This document shows, piece by piece, positions 10,923 to 20,179 of a stretch of 64,000 bases of DNA. The notes beneath the pieces were generated by a model, which was not told where the DNA came from, did not search any database, and saw only the letters and a list, made by a program, of their open reading frames with translations. Within the stretch, counting starts at the first letter, position 1. Each line of letters starts with the position of its first letter. The translations under genes and the position numbers were made by a program. Origin of the DNA: Candidatus Wolfebacteria bacterium GW2011_GWB1_47_1 (GTDB lineage Bacteria > Patescibacteriota > Minisyncoccia > UBA6257 > UBA9933); contig CP011209.1 in assembly GCA_001029635.1 (NCBI GenBank), forward strand, positions 16,983 to 80,982. Reading direction: 5' to 3'.

Positions 10923-11038
10923 AGCTTGATTATACGGCAAAAAATACGCTTTGGGTATGTTTATAACTTTTTACACTAAACCTGCCTCTATTGGGCTTAT
11001 TTTGCCCGTACATAGGTATTGGAATAAAAAGAGGGCCA

Positions 11039-11434
11039 TTACTGATCCTCTCTTAAATCCCATAGCTTCCAATAGAGGTCGCTATTACCCCTTTCTAAAC
11101 GCGGGTCTTTTTTTAATTTTTTATAAATTTGATCCTGTATATAATAAGCATCACTCCAAATATGCTCTTTTGATAATGTCTCATTATCTATCCCCTCCCG
11201 ATATGGATTATCTATTTCAAACTCAATTTCTGACGTCTTTACGAGAAAATGTTCAATCCAGTGATAATCAGTATTTGTATGTTCTTGGTTCCAATATGTC
11301 TTTATTATTATAGGCAACTCATTAAGCACTACTTTTATCTCTGCTTTTTGATACTGCAAAAAATGCTTCATTCCGTCCTCATAAAGCTTTATCTGTTCAG
11401 GAGTTGGTTTTTCTTCAAAAGAAATTTTAGTCAT
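11039..11434 (-). CDS. Hypothetical protein
   Basis: 131-aa ORF directly downstream of the TA pair. Confidence 0.65.
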   Translation of the reverse strand: MTKISFEEKPTPEQIKLYEDGMKHFLQYQKAEIKVVLNELPIIIKTYWNQEHTNTDYHWIEHFLVKTSEIEFEIDNPYREGIDNETLSKEHIWSDAYYIQDQIYKKLKKDPRLERGNSDLYWKLWDLREDQ

Positions 11435-11447
11435 GTATTATGTATAT

Positions 11448-11972
11448 TTAATCAATATTCACATGATCCGTTCTGATGCAAACGACATTAAATATTTCTT
11501 GCGTAAAAAACCCGAAAATTCTCCCGCCTCCTGAATATTGAACCTCTAAAATCTCAACCTCAGGAGATAAATTTCTATACAAAAATTCATACTTGCCTGA
11601 ATTCCCCACTTTATCTCTTATTAGTCCGGATTGTTGCGCGTCAGATTTTGTAGTCGCATTTATTTCAGAAAATTTACGGATTAGCGACTTCGCAGCTTCT
11701 TTCTGAATTTCATCGATTTGCCTATGCTCTAAGCTTTTTTGTTTTAAATGAATTGAGATGTTTTTCCCCTCGGGATCATCTCCGGTTGGAATAGTGATAG
11801 CGTCTGGTATTTTTCCTGCAAATAAAGTTTGTTCGATTGCCTTAACGGCATGTTCTAAATAAGGGGAAATCTCCTTATCCTTATTTTCTTTCCCAAATCT
11901 TTCGATCAATTCAAAAGCCTTAGCCTTAAACCATTTACTGTCCTTTTTTGATTTCTTCGAGCCTTCTCCCAT
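11448..11972 (-). CDS. Putative PanT toxin (RelE-like C-terminus)
   Basis: Overlaps the Panacea gene; C-terminal EILEVQYSGGGRIFGFFTQEIFNVVCIRTDH resembles RelE-fold mRNA interferases. Confidence 0.55.
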   Translation of the reverse strand: MGEGSKKSKKDSKWFKAKAFELIERFGKENKDKEISPYLEHAVKAIEQTLFAGKIPDAITIPTGDDPEGKNISIHLKQKSLEHRQIDEIQKEAAKSLIRKFSEINATTKSDAQQSGLIRDKVGNSGKYEFLYRNLSPEVEILEVQYSGGGRIFGFFTQEIFNVVCIRTDHVNID

Positions 11973-12417
11973 AATATTCTTTCATAAGATCGGTGTTGAT
12001 TTCGTTATTGCAATATTCATCAATTGCACAACCGCTTCTTGCCTTTTGCCACGGTTCTTCATTATGAGTGAGGAGTTCTAAATAGTCAGCATCAAACTTC
12101 CCGTAGGCACTCCATACATTATCAAGCAATTTCTCTTCTTTATCTGATAAGGCCTCAAAATCACTTTTATTTACAGTAATACTAATATTTCCAAATCCAA
12201 ATTTTTTAAATTCAAAATATATCAATGGAATTGCTGGCCCATGAACCCATGCCTCGATTTGGTCGTCAAAAATCTTCTCCCCATTAAAAACAAGGCTCCA
12301 TGCTTGCGCATAATATAACAACTTTTGTATTTTTTTGTTAGTAATCTCCTCACCAGCAATCTGACTTTTGCTGATAAAATATTCAGCAATCACTAAACTT
12401 TTTGATTTTTGCATCAT
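11935..12417 (-). CDS. Panacea-domain (DUF4065/SocA/GepA-like) antitoxin
   Basis: ITNKKIQKLLYYAQ, IEAWVHGP and LTHNEEPW motifs. Confidence 0.9.
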   Translation of the reverse strand: MMQKSKSLVIAEYFISKSQIAGEEITNKKIQKLLYYAQAWSLVFNGEKIFDDQIEAWVHGPAIPLIYFEFKKFGFGNISITVNKSDFEALSDKEEKLLDNVWSAYGKFDADYLELLTHNEEPWQKARSGCAIDEYCNNEINTDLMKEYYGRRLEEIKKGQ

Positions 12418-12526
12418 ATTTAAAATATATATGCCTCTAATTAATTATAGCATTAAAACAACTATTTAGAATGTGCATAACTTAATCCACTCTCTAACCT
12501 GATTTTAAGGCTAAATGGGATCCCTT

Positions 12527-12592
12527 TTATTTCTCCATTACCCCCATGGCCATGTCGGGTTGTGTCCCGACCATGCCTATGGATAGTTTCAT
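12527..12592 (-). pseudogene. Stranded 5' fragment resembling ychF (MKLSIGMVG) fused to island sequence; putative att junction
   Basis: Mini-ORF MKLSIGMVGTQPDMAMGVMEK*; the first 9 aa resemble the YchF start MxxxxGIVGLPNVGKS; imperfect inverted repeat centred on ~12563; TGcTACAGT -10 just upstream. Confidence 0.55.
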
Positions 12593-12610
12593 AATTTCTA
12601 CTGTAGCAAC

Positions 12611-12638
12611 AAAAAAAAGAGGGTGCAAGCACCCTCTT
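12611..12638 (-). terminator. Intrinsic terminator of the clpP-like gene
   Basis: AAGAGGGTGC-hairpin-GCACCCTCTT followed by a U-tract on the minus strand. Confidence 0.75.
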
Positions 12639-12646
12639 CGATAGTT

Positions 12647-13195
12647 CTACGGGATCAGGTCGATCACCTCGTCGACAAATCCCCGTTCGAGCGCTTCATA
12701 GGCGCTCATGCACATCTCGAGCTTGGAAAACCTCGTAGCCTCCTCGATCGGCTTTCCGAGTTTTGATGCGATAATCCGATATAGCATCTGTTGTCGCTTA
12801 CGGGCGCTTTTAAGCACCTCTGCAAGCTCCTCTTCGCTGTCGGTCACGCGCACCTCTGCTCGTGTATCATGAAACAGAATTTCAGCGCTTGAAAACGCTA
12901 CCCGTTTATGACACGCCTGCAGCACGATCGCGGCCGTCGAGAATGCCCGCCGATACACTACTCCTCGCACCGAAATGCTGGAATTGCGTATTAGTTCGTA
13001 CATCTGCAACCCCGCTACAACAGATCCTCCTTGGCTGTCGATGATCAGATTAACCGTTTCAAACCGCTTTACTGCATCGAGCCACATCATCGCCTTTCCA
13101 AGCTGTTCTGCCATTCTTGGCGTGACCTCTCCGCTCAGGTAGATCACACCCTTTTCGAGCATGTCTCTGAGCATTTCGCCCTCCAGTGCCGCCAC
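12647..13195 (-). CDS. clpP: Divergent ClpP-family protease subunit
   Basis: IDSQGGSV, AFSTAA (Ser), LFHD (His), MSAYEALERGFVDEV; GTG start after the SD GAAAGGAGGGG. Confidence 0.8.
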   Translation of the reverse strand: MAALEGEMLRDMLEKGVIYLSGEVTPRMAEQLGKAMMWLDAVKRFETVNLIIDSQGGSVVAGLQMYELIRNSSISVRGVVYRRAFSTAAIVLQACHKRVAFSSAEILFHDTRAEVRVTDSEEELAEVLKSARKRQQMLYRIIASKLGKPIEEATRFSKLEMCMSAYEALERGFVDEVIDLIP

Positions 13196-13328
13196 GTGCA
13201 ACCCCTCCTTTCTTTCTTCTGTTGTCTATGTGCATTGCCCGGTTGTACCCGAGGCTGTTTTGCTGTATAATGTATACAATAAATATTTAAAAATGTCAAT
13301 GTCGTGACATTACAATCATTTCATTACC

Positions 13329-13595
13329 ATGTTTGAAAAATTCTTTTCAAAACCGCGCGCCGAACATGAGGCCGCAAAAATGCAGGAAAAAATAAAGGAT
13401 GCCGGCATCACTAAGCCCACTTCTGAGGATTACGACAAGGCCGAAGAGCAAGTCGAGCAGGATATCGCAAACCGCGAAGAAGCGGCGCACGGCGAGCGCA
13501 AATACTCCGTTGATGAAAAGGGTATGGTACTCACCGACGAGGAGCGCAAACAGCGTATTGAAGAGGGCCCCGAATCACATGCCAATCAGCGATAA
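13329..13595 (+). CDS. Hypothetical small acidic protein
   Basis: 88 aa; TACAAT upstream; ends at a bidirectional terminator. Confidence 0.65.
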   Translation: MFEKFFSKPRAEHEAAKMQEKIKDAGITKPTSEDYDKAEEQVEQDIANREEAAHGERKYSVDEKGMVLTDEERKQRIEEGPESHANQR

Positions 13596-13638
13596 TCAAC
13601 AAAAAAAGACCCATTCGGGTCTTTTTTTGTTGATTATC
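13591..13638. terminator. Bidirectional intrinsic terminator
   Basis: Perfect inverted repeat GATAATCAACAAAAAAAGACCC / GGGTCTTTTTTTGTTGATTATC between convergent genes. Confidence 0.85.
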
Positions 13639-14095
13639 ACAATCCCATTTTGCTTTTGATCATGTCGCTAACCGCCTTTGAATCGGCGCGTCCCTTGATC
13701 TGGGGATTGATCTCCGCCATGACCTTGCCCATATCCTTAATCTCCTTTGCCTCTGTCTTTTCAATCGCAGCCGTCACGATCGCATCGAGCTCTTCGGTCG
13801 AAATCTCTTCCGGCAAAAACTCCTTAAAGATCACTATTTCGGCAAGCTCTACGTCTGCCAACTCCTGCCGTCCCGCTTCGGCATATACCGTAGCCGATTC
13901 ATTGCGGCGCTTTACCTCCTTCATCAATACATCGATCACATCCTCATCGCTCAACTCACCCTCGATCCCCTTTCCGCGATTCTCCACCTGTCGGTTGTTG
14001 ATCGCGTTCATTGCGAGGCGCAAGATGTTTGTGCGCTCTGATGTCCCCGCCTTCATTGATTCCTTTATTTTTTCCATCAGTTGTTCTTTGATCAT
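13637..14095 (-). CDS. GatB/YqeY domain protein
   Basis: MKAG..ILR, KEVKRRNESA..YAEAGRQELA, KDMGKVM..IKGRAD; next to rpsU. Confidence 0.93.
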   Translation of the reverse strand: MIKEQLMEKIKESMKAGTSERTNILRLAMNAINNRQVENRGKGIEGELSDEDVIDVLMKEVKRRNESATVYAEAGRQELADVELAEIVIFKEFLPEEISTEELDAIVTAAIEKTEAKEIKDMGKVMAEINPQIKGRADSKAVSDMIKSKMGL

Positions 14096-14170
14096 GCTTA
14101 TGTAAGTCGTTAGTTTGAATACTTTATTATATCACCAAACAAAAATGGCACCATAGCGGCGCCATTTTTA

Positions 14171-14380
14171 TTAGAAGGTTCCCAACTTCTTCGCTGTCTC
14201 TATCTCCGTACGCTTTTCATCGCGGTAGATCGCTGCGATCCTTCGTTTGTTCTTATTGACGGCGCGTCCACGAGTGCGTCGCTTCTTTGCCTCCTTCAAG
14301 ACGCCACTTTGTTGCATCTTCTTGGAAAAGCGGTACAGAAACGCGCTTACCGACTCACCTTCTCGACGTTTTAACTCCAT
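14171..14380 (-). CDS. rpsU: 30S ribosomal protein bS21
   Basis: ESVSAFLYRFSKKMQQSGVLKEAKKRR. Confidence 0.85.
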   Translation of the reverse strand: MELKRREGESVSAFLYRFSKKMQQSGVLKEAKKRRTRGRAVNKNKRRIAAIYRDEKRTEIETAKKLGTF

Positions 14381-14421
14381 TTGGATTGGTTAATTAAATA
14401 GTTATTGATTACTTTGATACC

Positions 14422-14829
14422 TTAAACGTTAAGGATGCGATCCTTAATGACCTTCAGCGACTCCTTAGGAGGATTTCCAACAACGCTATGGAGCGAACCC
14501 CCGCCGTCATCACGCCACCGAGGCATGATATGAATATGCAGATGGTCTATCGCTTGCCCAGCAACTTTACCATGGTTGATGCCGATTGTAAAGCCATCCG
14601 GCCCCAATGCCTTCTGCAAGGTCGCCGTCACCTTCCTAACCGCCGCAAATACCGGTTCCAGCTCTTTCTCGGGCAGATCGAGGATCGTTTCGGCATGTAT
14701 TTTTGGAATGATCATCGTGTGCCCCGGGGTGCGCGGGAAGACGTCTAATATCCCCACCACGTGGTCATCTTCATAGACGATTTCAGCCTCTCGGACCTTA
14801 TTCGCAATAGCGCAAAATAGACACTCCAT
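14422..14829 (-). CDS. HIT family hydrolase
   Basis: CLFC, GHTMIIPK, AGQAIDHLHIHIMPR. Confidence 0.95.
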   Translation of the reverse strand: MECLFCAIANKVREAEIVYEDDHVVGILDVFPRTPGHTMIIPKIHAETILDLPEKELEPVFAAVRKVTATLQKALGPDGFTIGINHGKVAGQAIDHLHIHIMPRWRDDGGGSLHSVVGNPPKESLKVIKDRILNV

Positions 14830-14918
14830 ATTTGTTGAATTTCTAATTACTAATTTATAATTTTTAAATGATCACCCAGATATTAGGTCATCCATTAATA
14901 ATCAAGCATTAGAAATTT

Positions 14919-16232
14919 TTATTTCAGTCGCTTTTTTACTTCTTCTACAATACGCTCCAAGGGTACGCTTTCTTGCGCACCCGTTTCCATATCTCTGACG
15001 ATAATACTCCCTTCGAATACCTCGCGCTGCCCCAAGATCAGAGACAACTGCGCCTGCTCCTTATCCGCTACGCGCATTTGCGACTTCAAGGAATCCTTTC
15101 CAAATGATTCGTTAATACGCACTCCGCTTTTGCGAAATTCCTCGATCAACGCTAACCCTCGCTTCTTCGCCTCATCTCCGATATGCACCAAAAACACCCT
15201 TGCGGCTCCTCTCGGCACTATGATTTTTCCACTCGCCTTCATTACTTCGATGATGCGTTCTGTGCCAAGTGCACTCCCTACTGCCGACAACTTCCCCAGC
15301 TTTAGCGTTTCAGAAAGATAATCATACCGTCCTCCTCCGCCAAGCGCAACAGAAAATCCTTCGCCAAAGAACTCGAATACCGTACGGTTGTAGTAATCCA
15401 ACCCGCGAACCAGGTACGAATCGATATAGTACGGAATCTTCACCTCATCGAGGTATTCCAATACCTTCGTGAAATGGGCTTTGCATTCCGAATCGAGATA
15501 ATCGAGAATGATTGGCGCTTCAGCCTTTACGAGCTGACATTTTTCTTCTTTGCAATCAAGAACTCGCAATGGATTTGTACTTATGCGATTTTTGCAATCC
15601 TTACAAATCTTCAACGCATTCTTTTTATAATGCGCTTCCAGCTTTTTAATGTATGTCGCGCGACACTTGTGACATCCGATGCTATTGATATGCACCGTTA
15701 CGTTTTTTATCTTCAACTCTTCAATGATCCTGAACGCGCTCATGATCGCCTGCGCATCATATACAGGATCACTTTCGGCTCCCAAAATTTCAAATCCTAC
15801 CTGATTGAACTGCCTATATCTCCCCGCCTGTGGCTGCTCATATCGAAATACCGGTCCTTCATAATAGAGCTTCATTGGTTGTCCGAACTGGCTCAACCCG
15901 TGCTGATAATAGGCACGCATGACCGCCGAGGTGAATTCCGGTCGCATCACAAGCTTATCGCCCCCCCTCGTCTTTATGACAAACATCTCCTTTTCGACAA
16001 TATCGGTCTTTGTTCCCAATCCCCGCTCGAATATGTCCGCACCTTCGAGTACCGGCGTATCGATGCGTTGGAAATTATAAAACTCACCGACGTGTTTTGT
16101 CGCTAAACGGACCTTATCCCACAATGGCTGCTCCTCCGGGAGAATGTCGTGCATCCCCTTTACGGTCTGATATGCCATCTTCTTCTCTCTCACCTTTTTT
16201 TCCTTTTTTGGAGCGGCTTCTTTTTCTGCCAT
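14919..16232 (-). CDS. hisS: Histidine--tRNA ligase
   Basis: RPEFT, FRYEQPQAGRYRQF, LVRGLDYY, GGGRYD. Confidence 0.98.
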   Translation of the reverse strand: MAEKEAAPKKEKKVREKKMAYQTVKGMHDILPEEQPLWDKVRLATKHVGEFYNFQRIDTPVLEGADIFERGLGTKTDIVEKEMFVIKTRGGDKLVMRPEFTSAVMRAYYQHGLSQFGQPMKLYYEGPVFRYEQPQAGRYRQFNQVGFEILGAESDPVYDAQAIMSAFRIIEELKIKNVTVHINSIGCHKCRATYIKKLEAHYKKNALKICKDCKNRISTNPLRVLDCKEEKCQLVKAEAPIILDYLDSECKAHFTKVLEYLDEVKIPYYIDSYLVRGLDYYNRTVFEFFGEGFSVALGGGGRYDYLSETLKLGKLSAVGSALGTERIIEVMKASGKIIVPRGAARVFLVHIGDEAKKRGLALIEEFRKSGVRINESFGKDSLKSQMRVADKEQAQLSLILGQREVFEGSIIVRDMETGAQESVPLERIVEEVKKRLK

Positions 16233-16337
16233 AAATTCGAAATATGAAAAGTGGAATATGAAAAATAAAGAAATATAATCCGTAGATTCTTACCCTCTCT
16301 TTCCCTTTTTCATTTTCCGCTTTCCTTCATTCGTGTA

Positions 16338-16889
16338 TTAGTATACCGGCTTTTCGAATGCCATTACCTGATTCAGTGGCCATAATCGAACCCATACCGA
16401 TCCGACAACCTCCGATCTCTTTAATGGCCCCCATTGCCGCGAATCAAAGCTTGCGTCCCTGTTGTCTCCCATAACAAAAAACTCATTCTCACCCAATGTA
16501 ATATCCTTTTCCCCCACGGTCACCAATTCGTTTGGCAAGTATACTTCACTCATCAATCTCCCCTCTTCGTGCTCAGGGTTATAGACATATAGGTTTCCCC
16601 CCGTCACTACTACTCGCTCGCCTGGCAAGCCAATAATGCGCTTGATAAAAAATGTCTTTTCATCCCCTGGGTAACGAAACACGACAACCTCTCCCCGCTC
16701 TGGCTCTCTGAACCGATACGAAAGTTCGTTGATCAGGATGTAATCACCTCCATGAAATGTCGGCTCCATACTCGCTCCACTTACTAAAAATGGCTGTACC
16801 AAAAAACTCCGGACGCCGAACACGACCAGCACTGCAACCAACACTATCTCTATAATCTCGCGAAGCGCGTAAAGGAATGATTTCATCAA
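16338..16889 (-). CDS. lepB: Signal peptidase I
   Basis: GASMEPT, FIKRIIGLPG, GDNRDASFDSR. Confidence 0.96.
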   Translation of the reverse strand: MMKSFLYALREIIEIVLVAVLVVFGVRSFLVQPFLVSGASMEPTFHGGDYILINELSYRFREPERGEVVVFRYPGDEKTFFIKRIIGLPGERVVVTGGNLYVYNPEHEEGRLMSEVYLPNELVTVGEKDITLGENEFFVMGDNRDASFDSRQWGPLKRSEVVGSVWVRLWPLNQVMAFEKPVY

Positions 16890-16962
16890 GTTTGCTAATT
16901 TGTTAACTTCATTTTAGTATAAACGTAGGCAATGTCAAACAGACATTTTTCTTATTTTTTCT

Positions 16963-17472
16963 ATGCAAAAGACCATTTCGTTCGCCGATCTCGATATCAT
17001 TATTGCGCTCGGCAATCCCGGCCCCGAATATACCGACACCTACCATAATGCAGGCACTCTCTTTATACGATTTCTCCGAGAATCTTCTTTCGCTACCCCT
17101 CCCACCATTGAATCACTCGGTACATTCATGAATGTCTCCGGTCCCGCTGTTGCTAGATTTCTCAAAAAGGATGGTATCAAGCCCGATCACTTTATCTTGG
17201 TCCATGACGATGTTGATATTCCCCTTGGCGAATACAAATTTTCCTTTGGGAGCGGCGCTGCTGGACATCATGGCGTGGAATCAGTCATCAACTCGCTCGG
17301 GACTAAGGACTTTTGGCGATTGCGCATCGGCATTGCAAAGCATATTACAACGCCCGATGGTACTATAATCAAAAAGAAGGCGGATACGTATGTACTCAAG
17401 CCTATTTCTCAGAAAGATCTCGAACAAATGCAGATTGTATTTGAAGAAGCGGCGAAGCAACTACAAGAATAG
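16963..17472 (+). CDS. pth: Peptidyl-tRNA hydrolase (compact)
   Basis: LGNPG..YHNAG, TFMNVSG, VHDDVD, AGHHGVES, RLRIGI. Confidence 0.93.
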   Translation: MQKTISFADLDIIIALGNPGPEYTDTYHNAGTLFIRFLRESSFATPPTIESLGTFMNVSGPAVARFLKKDGIKPDHFILVHDDVDIPLGEYKFSFGSGAAGHHGVESVINSLGTKDFWRLRIGIAKHITTPDGTIIKKKADTYVLKPISQKDLEQMQIVFEEAAKQLQE

Positions 17473-17479
17473 ACCGGGC

Positions 17480-17542
17480 TGTCATTCCCGCGGATGCGGG
17501 AATCCAGATATTATATAGATTCCCGCCTCCATGGGAATGACA
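17480..17542. repeat. TGTCATTCC...GGAATGACA palindromic (REP/RPE-like) repeat, full copy
   Basis: GTCATTCCCGCGGATGCGGGAATCCAG ... GATTCCCGCCTCCATGGGAATGAC; related copies at 19078, 20108, 29862, 33538, 37043, 37621 and 55338. Confidence 0.8.
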
Positions 17543-17623
17543 ATTTGATTTAAAATCCCCAGGGTTAGACCCTGGGGATTTTGCTCAACTTTTTACTAAC
17601 CTCGCAGACCTGTCGGCCCGGGT

Positions 17624-18085
17624 CTACGCGAAGGCAGTGGTCCCGGCGAATAAGGCTCCCTGGTCAAAACTAGCGACAATGTCGCAGCCGGGGCTCTCCC
17701 GCCCTGCCGAATTAATGGTGCCGATGGCCCGTATCATGGTCCCGGTGGCGCCGGAGAATCTTTTCTCAATAGAAGACCCTGCCGATGCCGCAGCCACGGC
17801 CGTTATAGCCGGCACGTTAACTGTTGCCTCTCCCCTGCCGCCGATTGCGATGATGGCGGTGCCTTCGCTCTTGAAGTTCGCCAGGATGACGACCCCTACT
17901 TTGAGGGTCGATGCCTCCGTATGGTTGAGCTGCGCGCTCGCCATCGCCGGGCCGGACTCTCGCTGGTCCGCCTGCTTATAAGCGATCTCCTTCTTTGACC
18001 TCTGGTCGGTAGCCACCGACGCCCATGCCGCACTGGCGAAAGCAAGTGAAACCATAAAGCACAGTAGCATGAGTACTTTTCCCAT
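17624..18085 (-). CDS. Hypothetical exported Ala/Gly-rich protein
   Basis: SD GAGGAGG before ATG 18085; signal peptide MGKVLMLLCFMVSLAFASAAWA; terminator at 17553-17582. Confidence 0.65.
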   Translation of the reverse strand: MGKVLMLLCFMVSLAFASAAWASVATDQRSKKEIAYKQADQRESGPAMASAQLNHTEASTLKVGVVILANFKSEGTAIIAIGGRGEATVNVPAITAVAAASAGSSIEKRFSGATGTMIRAIGTINSAGRESPGCDIVASFDQGALFAGTTAFA

Positions 18086-18293
18086 AAATGCCTCCTCGCT
18101 TGATAACTTCTTCGGATAGGAATTTCTACAACCCAAAACCTCCTTTTATGTTAGTGGTCGCCTTGAGCGAGCGACTACTTTTGTAAAAGACCATAATTGA
18201 ATGTATCTAATACTACATAATACATATTCCCCGGTCAAGCAAACAAAAGGCCCAGGTATCATACCTGGGCCTTTTCGCCGTTATGGCGAAATA

Positions 18294-18986
18294 CTACTTA
18301 GACGCAAAAAGGTTGAGATCCACATACCCCGTAGACATATTGATCGCTTGAGCGACTGCCTCGACGATCTCGGATACCGGGACCATCCGTTGCGGTAACA
18401 GTTCCGTCGCAGCCCCTTCATAAAAGGGGCTTCCTTCCACCGATCCCGGTGCGATGCGATGCACGTGGATGTTCCTCGGCGTGGTGAACAACGTATCCGC
18501 CCGCATCCATTTGACGAGCACCTCCTGGGCCGCTATGGAAGCGCCATACAATCTGTCGCTCAGATAATACGGAGGCTTCTCCGTTCCATCCACCGAACTG
18601 ATCACGACGATATGCCCGTCGTCGGTCATGTGCGGCACCAGCTTTGTCGCCACATGCAGAAGACCAAGACCATAAACTTCGGCGTTTTTCATGAATACCG
18701 CCGGGTCCGTATCTCGTTTTGACGTCTTCATCTCGGCCTTAAACCCTCCGGGCTCGCGATTGCCTGCCGCGTAGATGATGACGGAGGGGTTTATTTCGTT
18801 CTTCATTAACCACTCCGAGAAATCTTCTACGCTCGTTGCATCCGTTACGTCGAGTCGCAGATGTCCAAACCTCCCGCTCCTACTCGTGCCAAAGACCAGA
18901 CTTCTCCGGTCCTCTTCCTTAAGCAGTCGGTGTGTAATCGCGGACCCGATAAACCCGCCAGCCCCAATAACCAAAATGTGTTTCAT
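18294..18986 (-). CDS. Divergent SDR-family NAD(P)-binding protein
   Basis: VIGAGGFIG, LDVTD, VVISS, IAPG; the YxxxK motif reads YGASI. Confidence 0.8.
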   Translation of the reverse strand: MKHILVIGAGGFIGSAITHRLLKEEDRRSLVFGTSRSGRFGHLRLDVTDATSVEDFSEWLMKNEINPSVIIYAAGNREPGGFKAEMKTSKRDTDPAVFMKNAEVYGLGLLHVATKLVPHMTDDGHIVVISSVDGTEKPPYYLSDRLYGASIAAQEVLVKWMRADTLFTTPRNIHVHRIAPGSVEGSPFYEGAATELLPQRMVPVSEIVEAVAQAINMSTGYVDLNLFASK

Positions 18987-19138
18987 CTTTTACCTCCCTT
19001 TCAATACGTAATGATACTGATTTGTTTATAAACCATATTATTATATTAGTCAAAAAAAGCCCTTGTATTCGGCCTTCTGTTATTCCTGCGGATACGGGAA
19101 TAACAATTCATAAAAAACCACTCACATATGAGTGACTT

Positions 19139-20041
19139 CTACTTCTCTACCTTCGATTGAATGTAATTGCGCATATCTTCATATTTCCCCGAGCCAAGTC
19201 GTGGAAGTAGTACATACGCCATAGCATTGCCGTATTCCACTTCTGAGCTTTGCAAAATTCCCGTCTTGAAATCAACAACGATTGTATTAAGCCGCACTCC
19301 GCCAAACTGCCGCAACGTCGGCAACAGCTCCTTGAAGTCGATGTTTGTATTTAAATTTCCCAACTCCGGAGTCATCTTAAACAAGAATGCCGTCTTTTCC
19401 ATCGCACTCAATGTCTTAAATTCCTTCAAGACAGCACGGACCACCTCTTGCTGATTCTTTTCCCGGAAAAAGTCCCCCTCCGGCGCGTGTCTATTGCGAA
19501 CCAACCAGATCGCCTGGTCGCCATTGATATGGTTCTCTCCCGCCGGGATAGTGTATCCGCTCACGCCATCTACTACCTTGTCTTTCAATGTCAGGTCTAC
19601 ACCCCCCATCTCATCGACAACTTTCTTTAATATGTCGACGTTTACCACAACATATTTGTCCGTCTTAAGTCCCGTCATCTGTGGCAATGCCTCCATAAAC
19701 TCATTTAATTTCCCCCGTCGTAGCGCTTCATTTAGCTTAAACGACTCACCACCGAACGTTACAAATAGATCGCGAGGTAATGAGATCAGGTTCACCACGC
19801 CGAGCTTTGGACGATATTCGACCAAGATAATACTATCGGTCAGATCGGGCGCGTTACTCCATCCTAATGCCCTCCCCGTTTCTCCAAGCAATAAAAAACT
19901 AATCCGATCTTCGCTCATTGGGTTATCGTCGTTCTCCGCAAAGATTGATATCTTCTTTTGATAACTCATCAAAAATCCGACCCCCACGATTGCGGCGATT
20001 GTGACAAATACTTTTGCGATTGTTTTTACTTTTGATGGCAT
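19139..20041 (-). CDS. LCP (LytR-CpsA-Psr) family glycopolymer ligase
   Basis: TM helix, LTDSII, SLPRD, KLNEA, VRNRH, GDFFREKNQ; start reset to ATG 20041. Confidence 0.92.
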   Translation of the reverse strand: MPSKVKTIAKVFVTIAAIVGVGFLMSYQKKISIFAENDDNPMSEDRISFLLLGETGRALGWSNAPDLTDSIILVEYRPKLGVVNLISLPRDLFVTFGGESFKLNEALRRGKLNEFMEALPQMTGLKTDKYVVVNVDILKKVVDEMGGVDLTLKDKVVDGVSGYTIPAGENHINGDQAIWLVRNRHAPEGDFFREKNQQEVVRAVLKEFKTLSAMEKTAFLFKMTPELGNLNTNIDFKELLPTLRQFGGVRLNTIVVDFKTGILQSSEVEYGNAMAYVLLPRLGSGKYEDMRNYIQSKVEK

Positions 20042-20179
20042 GCCGACTATTTTTATTGTTCCGTTTTTTTGGTTAACGCGTTGATGGGTTAACGCGTTAA
20101 ATCCCTCTGTCATCCTCCCCGAAGACGCGCATCTATATACTCTGGATTCCGGCCTTCGCCGGAATGACATAAGTGGCGC

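Larger units (their letters stand above)
1..12563. mobile_element. Right part of an integrated defence island (no integrase in this window)
   Basis: Defence and orphan cargo, visibly AT-richer than the core genes, ends at a dyad att-like site in a ychF-like 5' fragment. Confidence 0.6.

Noticed and set aside
20042-20170. N-terminal extensions MSFRRRPES (LCP) and MDPGFRRDD (GT11, 55333-55365)
   Set aside because: These are read-through of the palindromic repeat family; downstream ATGs fit the protein families better.
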